Positions 36,473-43,822 of a stretch of 64,000 bases of DNA are shown one piece after another; position 1 is the first letter of the stretch; each line of letters starts with the position of its first letter. The notes beneath the pieces were generated by a model that was not told where the DNA came from, did no database searches, and saw nothing but the letters and a program-made list of their open reading frames with translations. The translations under genes were made by a program, and so were the position numbers. The DNA comes from Cyclobacteriaceae bacterium (GTDB taxonomy: Bacteria; Bacteroidota; Bacteroidia; Cytophagales; Cyclobacteriaceae), in assembly GCA_965228045.1 (NCBI GenBank), contig OZ245789.1, positions 3,522,616 through 3,586,615 of the forward strand, given 5' to 3'.

Positions 36473-38314
36473 ATCGAGTAGACGGCCGTGAGCCATAAGC
36501 CCACGGTGCGCCTCTCACACCACCCAGCGTACGGTTCTCGTACTGGGCGGTTCATTGAATTTCGGGTTGAGTTTTAAGGTAATAGGAAAGCATCGACTTG
36601 TACCCTCGCCTTCTAAGTCTGGACAGTGTAATAGTGGTCCGTAGAATCGGACTTTGAGCCACAAACCAGCCACCTCTACGGGTACGACTGTATGCATAGG
36701 CTCTATCCTTATCCAAATCTAGCCGGATCAGATTCTTACACTTCCTATCAGGCTTCTTCCAGTGATGCCAGATGCAGTATCTCAGACGATTCCTCAGCCA
36801 TTCGTCTAGTGCTTTGAGTTTGGCTGAAATGTTCGCTAAGCGAAAGTTGTTCACCCATCCTCGCCACACTTCGGCAAGCTGCTGTAAACGCTCATCGAAA
36901 CTCATCGGTCTGGTCTTCCTGGAAATGTCCTTCAGTTTGCGCTTGAGGTTTCCCCACGCTTTCTTTGATACTACCAGCTGGTATTGCCCTTTCATCCCCT
37001 TCTTATACACTGCGGCAAAACCGTGCCCCAGCAACTCGAAGTTTACAGGTCTGCGAATGCCTGATTTCTCCCTATTGATAGGTAATCGCAATGTGTCCCT
37101 AAGGAACTTGTAGATGGCATTACCTATCTCACGGGCTTCTGCTTTTGACTTGGCATAGATGCTGAAGTCATCGGCATAACGGACATATCGCAACCCTTTC
37201 CTTGCCAACTCCTTATCCAGCTCATCCAGCAGGATATTGGACAGTAGTGGGCTAAGTGGTGATCCTTGCGGCATCCCTTTACGGCGTTTGTGCAATCTAC
37301 CCTTTATCCAGATTGGTGCTCTCAGCCATTTGCGGATCAGCCGCAGGGTTGTTGGGCATTTTACCCGTTTGTAGATCAGGTGTAACAGCTTCGCATGGTC
37401 TACTTCATCGAAGAACCCTTTAAGGTCTATGTCTACAATATCCTGATACCCATTGTTGATGTAGTTCAGGGCTTGGGTCACTGCCTGTTGGGTGTTCTTT
37501 TCCGGCCGAAAACCATAGCTAAATGGCTCAAAGTCTAATTCAAACTTTGTGGCCAATACCTGGCTAACCGCCTGCTGTAACCAGCGGTCTGTTAAGTGTG
37601 GGGATTCCTAGTAATCTAGTCTTCCCATTCCCCTTGGGTATTTCTATCCCAAGGATAGCATTAGGTACATACGTGTGGTTCAGGACTTCCGTGATGATCT
37701 TCTCACGGTTGGCTTCCAAATGTTTTGGGAGTTCCCTGACTGTCATCCCGTCAATCCCTGCAGCTCCTTTGTTGTTTACCACCTGTCGGCAGGCCACATA
37801 AAGGTTCTTACGTTTTAGTACTTCTGCTATCATAAAACTTAATTCCCTATCCCTCTAAGGACAGGCTCTGATCCTATCCGAATCGGGACGCAATTCATTG
37901 TTCAGTCCTTCCCTGACTTGTGAGTCTTCCATCTCTTTCAATGGCTCGTGGCTGTCAGGTACTACGACTTCTGCTGACTTCTCGATCCGCATCTCGTGCG
38001 GTCCGAGACCTCCCCGGGTAAGACACTTATCCTTCTACTGACTCCCGCCGTATCTACCAACCGAAGTTTGTTGACCATGTACTTTACAGTGATGTGCCTG
38101 CTTGTACACTTCGGTTGGCCTCTGTATACGATTCCTGTTCGTCAGTGCCAGTATTTGCAGTCCTGCTTCCCTGCCTGCGGCAGGCAGGCTTCAGTGCTGA
38201 CCTCACGGTCAACCACCTTGCAGCTTGCTAGTGACTTCTGTCAACTTCGTCACACGGATCTTTCATCCGCTGGATATTTTGGCTATCTTCATAGCCGTGC
38301 CATGCCGGGCACAC
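36473..38314 (-). mobile_element. group II intron, class C-like, copy 1 (IEP frameshifted)
   Basis: Minus-strand 5' end GTGTGCCCGG and 3' end ...CTACTCGAT. Domain V-like hairpin CCGCCCAGTACG-AGAA-CCGTACGCTGGGTGG near 36520-36555. About 99% identical to 39108-40951. Confidence 0.75.
36552..37833 (-). pseudogene. group II intron reverse transcriptase/maturase, disrupted
   Basis: Two ORFs (36552..37556 and 37564..37833) correspond to the intact 426-aa ORF of copy 2. C is replaced by AG at 37595-37596 (net +1 nt). Confidence 0.8.
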
Positions 38315-38429
38315 ACAGACACTAAAATGAATATGCGAACTGAGTCATTTGAAAGGACAATGCAGAGAGGAAACTTTGGTGCTTTTAGCAACTGGGACGC
38401 ATACTCATTTTAGTTGAGCGTTACCTGTC
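38315..38429 (+). repeat. attC-like repeat of cassette 4, 3' part (the 5' 8 nt are at 36465-36472, left of the intron)
   Basis: Rejoined 5' end is GCGCTCCA+ACAGACACTAAAATGAATATGCG. It pairs with CGCATACTCATTTTAGTTGAGC. Ends GTTACCTGTC. Confidence 0.65.
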
Positions 38430-38477
38430 AGCACTGCATGGCGAACAGTAAACATGAATTTTTCGTAACTTTATCTC

Positions 38478-38717
38478 ATGGATGCTAATATGAATCTTTC
38501 TTTCGCTCAAATACTTGAACTGGTTAGGAACTTACCAGGTGAACAGAAGATCAAGATTTCACAAGAACTTGAGAAGGAGACTATTGGGTCTAAACTGACA
38601 GAACTTCTAACTGCATTCCGAACTGACAAAATTTCGATGAATGAGATAACTGCTGAAGTTGAGCAAGTCCGCCAAGACCTTTATGACAAACAAACATCGA
38701 ACAAAGGTCATAATTGA
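38478..38717 (+). CDS. cassette 5 ORF a, putative antitoxin
   Basis: 79-aa acidic ORF overlapping the start of the PIN toxin gene. Confidence 0.5.
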   Translation: MDANMNLSFAQILELVRNLPGEQKIKISQELEKETIGSKLTELLTAFRTDKISMNEITAEVEQVRQDLYDKQTSNKGHN

Positions 38718-39108
38718 CACCAACATTTGGATTAGTTATCTAATAGGTATTCAACTCGGTGGACTAACCGAACTCCTATCAACGAGACAAATTGAACTCG
38801 TCCTATCCGAACAACTTTTGACAGAGATTAAGGAAGTAACAGCAAGAAAGAAATTTCGAAAATATTTCGGTGAACATGAGGTGAATGAACTCTTAAAACT
38901 CATGGAGATTTTAGGAACGAGGTTTGAGGTTATTGAGTATCCCAATATTTGTAGAGATGCCAAGGATAACTTCTTGCTTGGCTTAATCAGAGCTTCTCAA
39001 GCTGACATACTTGTAACTGGTGACCAAGATCTTCTGGAACTGAACCCCTTCGAAGGAACCGAAATAATCGAGGCGGGCCAACTGTTGGAGAAAATAGCCG
39101 ACAGGTAA
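38683..39108 (+). CDS. cassette 5 ORF b, PIN-domain toxin
   Basis: KVIIDTNIWISYL, RDAKDNFLLGL and ADILVTGDQDLL (the acidic PIN residues). ATG at 38683 chosen over the TTG at 38659. Confidence 0.8.
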   Translation: MTNKHRTKVIIDTNIWISYLIGIQLGGLTELLSTRQIELVLSEQLLTEIKEVTARKKFRKYFGEHEVNELLKLMEILGTRFEVIEYPNICRDAKDNFLLGLIRASQADILVTGDQDLLELNPFEGTEIIEAGQLLEKIADR

Positions 39109-40951
39109 TCGAGTAGACGGCCCCACCAGCGATAACTGATGGGGTGCGCCTCTCACACCACCCAGCGTACGGTTCTCGTACTGGGCGGTTCATTGAATTT
39201 CGGGTTGAGTTTTAAGGTAATAGGAAAGCATCGACTTGTACCCTCGCCTTCTAAGTCTGGACAGTGTAATAGTGGTCCGTAGAATCGGACTTTGAGCCAC
39301 AAACCAGCCACCTCTACGGGTACGACTGTATGCATAGGCTCTATCCTTATCCAAATCTAGCCGGATCAGATTCTTACGCTTCCTATCAGGCTTCTTCCAG
39401 TGATGCCAGATGCAGTATCTCAGACGATTCCTCAGCCATTCGTCTAGTGCTTTGAGTTTGGCTGAAATGTTCGCTAAGCGAAAGTTGTTCACCCATCCTC
39501 GCCACACTTCGGCAAGCTGCTGTAAACGCTCATCGAAACTCATCGGTCTGGTCTTCCTGGAAATGTCCTTCAGTTTGCGCTTGAGGTTTCCCCACGCTTT
39601 CTTTGATACTACCAGCTGGTATTGCCCTTTCATCCCCTTCTTATACACTGCGGCAAAACCGTGCCCCAGCAACTCGAAGTTTACAGGTCTGCGAATGCCT
39701 GATTTCTCCCTATTGATAGGTAATCGCAATGTGTCCCTAAGGAACTTGTAGATGGCATTACCTATCTCACGGGCTTCTGCTTTTGACTTGGCATAGATGC
39801 TGAAGTCATCGGCATAACGGACATATCGCAACCCTTTCCTTGCCAACTCCTTATCCAGCTCATCCAGCAGGATATTGGACAGTAGTGGGCTAAGTGGTGA
39901 TCCTTGCGGCATCCCTTTACGGCGTTTGTGCAATCTACCCTTTATCCAGATTGGTGCTCTCAGCCATTTGCGGATCAGCCGCAGGGTTGTTGGGCATTTT
40001 ACCCGTTTGTAGATCAGGTGTAACAGCTTCGCATGGTCTACTTCATCGAAGAACCCTTTAAGGTCTATGTCTACAATATCCTGATACCCATTGTTGATGT
40101 AGTTCAGGGCTTGGGTCACTGCCTGTTGGGTGTTCTTTTCCGGCCGAAAACCATAGCTAAATGGCTCAAAGTCTAATTCAAACTTTGTGGCCAATACCTG
40201 GCTAACCGCCTGCTGTAACCAGCGGTCTGTTACTGTGGGGATTCCTAGTAATCTAGTCTTCCCATTCCCCTTGGGTATTTCTATCCCAAGGATAGCATTA
40301 GGTACATACGTGTGGTTCAGGACTTCCGTGATGATCTTCTCACGGTTGGCTTCCAAATGTTTTGGGAGTTCCCTGACTGTCATCCCGTCAATCCCTGCAG
40401 CTCCTTTGTTGTTTACCACCTGTCGGCAGGCCACATAAAGGTTCTTACGTTTTAGTACTTCTGCTATCATAAAACTTAATTCCCTGTCCCTCTAAGGACA
40501 GGCTCTGATCCTATCCGAATCGGGACGCAATTCATTGTTCAGTCCTTCCCTGACTTGTGAGTCTTCCATCTCTTTCAATGGCTCGTGGCTGTCAGGTACT
40601 ACGACTTCTGCTGACTTCTCGATCCGCATCTCGTGCGGTCCGAGACCTCCCCGGGTAAGACACTTATCCTTCTACTGACTCCCGCCGTATCTACCAACCG
40701 AAGTTTGTTGACCATGTACTTTACAGTGATGTGCCTGCTTGTACACTTCGGTTGGCCTCTGTATACGATTCCTGTTCGTCAGTGCCAGTATTTGCAGTCC
40801 TGCTTCCCTGCCTGCGGCAGGCAGGCTTCAGTGCTGACCTCACGGTCAACCACCTTGCAGCTTGCTAGTGACTTCTGTCAACTTCGTCACACGGATCTTT
40901 CATCCGCTGGATATTTTGGCTATCTTCATAGCCGTGCCATGCCGGGCACAC
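39108..40951 (-). mobile_element. group II intron, class C-like, copy 2 (intact IEP)
   Basis: Same termini as copy 1. Inserted at the PIN stop codon inside GACAGGTA^AC. Confidence 0.8.
39190..40470 (-). CDS. group II intron-encoded reverse transcriptase/maturase (no endonuclease domain)
   Basis: RT motifs GIPTVTDRWLQQA, SYGFRP, DIDLKGFFD, GMPQGSPLSPLLSNI and YVRYADDF, followed by a maturase X region. 426 aa. Confidence 0.9.
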   Translation of the reverse strand: MIAEVLKRKNLYVACRQVVNNKGAAGIDGMTVRELPKHLEANREKIITEVLNHTYVPNAILGIEIPKGNGKTRLLGIPTVTDRWLQQAVSQVLATKFELDFEPFSYGFRPEKNTQQAVTQALNYINNGYQDIVDIDLKGFFDEVDHAKLLHLIYKRVKCPTTLRLIRKWLRAPIWIKGRLHKRRKGMPQGSPLSPLLSNILLDELDKELARKGLRYVRYADDFSIYAKSKAEAREIGNAIYKFLRDTLRLPINREKSGIRRPVNFELLGHGFAAVYKKGMKGQYQLVVSKKAWGNLKRKLKDISRKTRPMSFDERLQQLAEVWRGWVNNFRLANISAKLKALDEWLRNRLRYCIWHHWKKPDRKRKNLIRLDLDKDRAYAYSRTRRGGWFVAQSPILRTTITLSRLRRRGYKSMLSYYLKTQPEIQ

Positions 40952-41175
40952 ACATGTGCTATGGCGAATGGCCAAACTGCCTATCGGATATTTCAATGCA
41001 ACTCGTCCGTTTCATCTGCTGCCGGGGCAACAGATGTGGAATTTGCCAGAGCAAATCCCGGAGGAGTGGATTAACAGAACGCATGGCCATTTGAACCGTT
41101 GTGAGCTTCAGCAGATTTCACTACTTTAGGTGCTGTTTAGAAAGGATATGGCCACATCGCCATATCTGATCGATA
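40952..41175 (+). repeat. attC-like repeat of cassette 5 (lacks a recognisable GTT core at its 3' end)
   Basis: ACATGTGCTATGGCGAATGGCC ... GGCCACATCGCCATAT inverted arms. Shares GAACCGTTGTGAGCTTCAGCAGATTTCACTAC with the cassette 1 and 2 repeats. Confidence 0.6.
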
Positions 41176-42229
41176 TCTATGGTAAAATCAAGCCATTTCA
41201 ACTTTTTTAAATACAATTTTATCCTGATAGGGTGTTCCACGTTTGACCACTGCCACGATCCGATGCAATAGTTTGTTTCTGATCGCATTAAGGATGGTCA
41301 TTTTACCTTTACCTTCTTCACGTTTTCGTTGATAATATTCCTTTAACTCCGGACAATGTCGAATGGCGCTCATGGCAGCCATGTGCAAATGATACTTTAA
41401 GACTTTGTTAGCAAAACTTGAGGTCCCTGGTGTTCCTTTGATGCTCGAACCACTACTGTACTCAAATGGAGCTACACCACAATAACAAGCCAGTTTCTTG
41501 CCATCCAACATTCTCGTAAATCCATGAGTGTAAACAATCAGATCTGTGGCCAGCACCTTACCCACACATTTCACTGAGGTAATGAGTTCATACAGTGCTC
41601 GCACCTCTCGGTCCATCTGGATTACTTCCAACATTTTCTCTTCAACTTTCTTCAATGACTTGGCCAATCCTTCCAGGGCCGTCTTACTAAGTCGTTTCAT
41701 CTCCCTGGCTGCCTTTTTATCGAAGTGTTCGGTCTCACTGATGGCCAGTTCCTGACACTGTTTACTTTTCAGTAATCTGGCTCTCAGGCGCATCAGGTAC
41801 TGTAATCGCTGCAATGTAGGATGTGTGAGTTTTACCAGCTTGGCCTGATGGTGGTGGACCAAAGCAAATCTGGCAATGCGCTCAGCATCGATCTTATCAC
41901 TTTTGCCTCTGACTAAACCAATACTACGCTTGATATGTAGAGAGGACTCCAACCAGACCTTACCACCACGACTTATTAAGTACTTGACCAGGTTCTGGGT
42001 GTAAATACCCATGTGCTCCATGCAAAACAATGTCCTTTCATGATCATCGTTCCCATGTTGTTTCATCCATCTTTTCAGCTTGGTATAACCTTCTGAGGTA
42101 TTTGTCAGGACGGTGGTACATTGACGCTGTGATACCATCTCGATCATGCATACGTCCATACTTTCTTTACTCACATCTATCCCTACAATAAAGGGATATA
42201 TCAATTGTGGAGTTGATTCTTTCTTCATT
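41176..42229 (-). mobile_element. IS110-family element, copy 2; essentially ORF only, ends not definable
   Basis: The transposase ORF is bounded within about 12 nt by the attC-like repeat on one side. On the other side it meets the higB remnant directly. Confidence 0.45.
41188..42228 (-). CDS. IS110-family (DEDD) transposase/recombinase
   Basis: PFIVGIDVSKESMDV, MEHMGIYT and the C-terminal VKCVGKVLATDLIVYT...CYCGVAPFEYSSGSS module. Divergent from copy 1. Confidence 0.85.
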   Translation of the reverse strand: MKKESTPQLIYPFIVGIDVSKESMDVCMIEMVSQRQCTTVLTNTSEGYTKLKRWMKQHGNDDHERTLFCMEHMGIYTQNLVKYLISRGGKVWLESSLHIKRSIGLVRGKSDKIDAERIARFALVHHHQAKLVKLTHPTLQRLQYLMRLRARLLKSKQCQELAISETEHFDKKAAREMKRLSKTALEGLAKSLKKVEEKMLEVIQMDREVRALYELITSVKCVGKVLATDLIVYTHGFTRMLDGKKLACYCGVAPFEYSSGSSIKGTPGTSSFANKVLKYHLHMAAMSAIRHCPELKEYYQRKREEGKGKMTILNAIRNKLLHRIVAVVKRGTPYQDKIVFKKVEMA

Positions 42230-42304
42230 AACGACCAATGGAGAATTATTTTCCTATGGGAAGATGGAAATGCCAGTAAAGTTGAAATTATTGATTATCA
42301 CTAA
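42227..42304 (+). pseudogene. higB: 3' remnant of higB (RelE/ParE-superfamily killer)
   Basis: INDQWRIIFLWEDGNASKVEIIDYH* matches the C-terminal ~25 aa of HigB toxins. The N-terminal ~65 aa are missing at the IS junction. Confidence 0.65.
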
Positions 42305-42307
42305 AAA

Positions 42308-42622
42308 ATGAAGAATATGGAAAAGCTACCGAACATACATCCAGGCGAAGTACTATCAGAAGAATTTTTGAAACCATTGGGAATTTCTGCTTATCGCTTA
42401 TCCAAGGATTTACATATTCCCCAAACACGAATAAGCGAAATTCTAAAAAAGAATCGACGGATAACTGCAGATACAGCTTTGAGATTAAGTAGATACTTCG
42501 GAACAACTCCGAAATTCTGGCTAGGGCTCCAAGATGACTTTGATATAGAAGAGGAACTTGGAACCAAGACTGACGAACTAGAATCAATAGAAAAAGTGAC
42601 GACAGACCAACAGACGATATAG
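42308..42622 (+). CDS. higA: HigA-family antitoxin (XRE HTH)
   Basis: IHPGEVLSEEFLKPLGISAYRLSKDLHIPQTRISEILKKNRRITADTALRLSRYFGTTPKFWLGLQ. Confidence 0.85.
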   Translation: MKNMEKLPNIHPGEVLSEEFLKPLGISAYRLSKDLHIPQTRISEILKKNRRITADTALRLSRYFGTTPKFWLGLQDDFDIEEELGTKTDELESIEKVTTDQQTI

Positions 42623-42712
42623 CACATATCTCTACTGAGTTACTTGAAATTGAAGTGCAAAACCGAAACTTTAGTGATATTTGAAAGGCCAGAGGCACGC
42701 GCCATATCTAGG
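42603..42712 (+). repeat. attC-like repeat after higA (degenerate)
   Basis: Starts GACCAACAGACG inside the higA 3' end. Shares ACTGAGT.A.TTGAAA and GAAACTTT.GTG with the cassette 4 repeat. Ends ...CGCCATATCTAGGCATTGTGTGG (ATT rather than GTT). Confidence 0.4.
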
Positions 42713-42736
42713 CATTGTGTGGAATAAAGCACTCTA

Positions 42737-43030
42737 ATGAAAGACCTCTCCCCAGACTATAATTCAACATATATAAGCATTAACCTAATTGATGAATTAG
42801 ATTATGTTGTTGGAGGATATGGTCAATCGAATGCGGTTTTCATTTATTCCTTAAATGCTTTTTTAGAGGCATTTATATTTAACAACCATTTCTATGTTTC
42901 TGGACAGGAAGCATCCCATTTCCAAATTGTATAGAAAGCAATGTTTCCTAATGGCAGGCCAATTCTTGAACTCATTACTAAAACAAAGAGCGCAATCCCG
43001 GTGGAGTTTCAAGAGCTATGGTTGTTCTTG
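42737..43030 (+). pseudogene. frame-broken remnant of an unknown gene
   Basis: Three short ORFs in different frames abut each other (42737..42934, then MFPNGRPILELITKTKSAIPVEFQELW...). Confidence 0.25.
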
Positions 43031-43136
43031 TTCCATTATTAATCCTTACTTCATTGATAGCGTATTTGTGGATTTTGATATTTGGAGGATATACTGATAG
43101 GATTATCTTATTAATATACTATAATGATATACCTTT

Positions 43137-43388
43137 GTGGTATTAAAATTTGTTGTTGTGAAAACAGTATCTTTAAAAATAGATGATTCAATTTTCGGTG
43201 AGACTGAAAAAATACTTGCTCGGATTAAGAAACCACGGAATCGATATATAAACGAAGCGATTGAATTTTATAATAAAATTCAGCGTAAAGAGATTCTTGA
43301 GAAAAAACTTAAAAAAGAATCTGGATTAGTTAAAGCGGATTCAATGTCCGTGCTAAAAGACTTTGAGGAGATGGATTATGTCGATTAA
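43137..43388 (+). CDS. ribbon-helix-helix antitoxin (MazE/CopG-like)
   Basis: VSLKIDDSIFGETEKILARIKKPRNRYINEAIEFYN. GTG start is uncertain. Overlaps the toxin start by 11 nt. Confidence 0.6.
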   Translation: MVLKFVVVKTVSLKIDDSIFGETEKILARIKKPRNRYINEAIEFYNKIQRKEILEKKLKKESGLVKADSMSVLKDFEEMDYVD

Positions 43389-43725
43389 GCAATTTGAAAT
43401 TTGGATTGCAGATTTAAATCCACAGCTTGGAACTGAACCCGGTAAAACAAGACCAGTTTTGGCGATACAGACAAATCTGCTAAACAAGATACCTCACCCA
43501 TCAACTATTATTTGTCCAATTACAACAAACGTAACAAAGGATTCTGAGATATTAAGAGTGCATCTAAAAAAGGGAACAGCCAATTTACATCAAGCCTGTG
43601 ATGTCATGATTGACCAAATTCGTGCGATAGATAATAAACGATTAACAAAAAGACTAGGGATTTTACCTGATGCACTGATTAATATAGTGAAAGAAAATAT
43701 TCAGATTGTACTTGACCTAGAATAA
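43378..43725 (+). CDS. mazF: PemK/MazF-family endoribonuclease toxin
   Basis: FEIWIADLNPQLGTEPGKTRPVLAIQTN, ICPITTN and VMIDQIRAIDNKRL. Confidence 0.8.
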   Translation: MSIKQFEIWIADLNPQLGTEPGKTRPVLAIQTNLLNKIPHPSTIICPITTNVTKDSEILRVHLKKGTANLHQACDVMIDQIRAIDNKRLTKRLGILPDALINIVKENIQIVLDLE

Positions 43726-43822
43726 TGCACGAGACCACAACATCAGCTATAAACAAGCAGGCGAACAATGAAAGACTAAATGATAATACTTTTAACAAAC
43801 AGACAATTACGAAAGCAAACGA

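Noticed and set aside
36515-41094. Duplicated small ORFs inside the introns: 36515..36697 / 39153..39335, 36772..37113 / 39410..39751, 37598..37801 / 40187..40438, 37996..38325 / 40633..41094, 38225..38413 / 40862..41074.
   Set aside because: They lie in the ribozyme domains or antisense to the RT/maturase gene. They are duplicated only because the intron is duplicated.
32737-42712. Whether the spaced repeats could be a CRISPR array.
   Set aside because: The repeats are 110-240 bp imperfect palindromes, not 25-40 bp direct repeats. The intervening segments are 0.4-0.7 kb and contain ORFs. No cas genes are present.
43726-43822. Treating the S9 peptidase as a bona fide cassette on the basis of AAC-containing strings after mazF.
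   Set aside because: No pair of exactly complementary cores could be found, so only weak resemblance remains. It is reported as a low-confidence observation, not annotated as a cassette.
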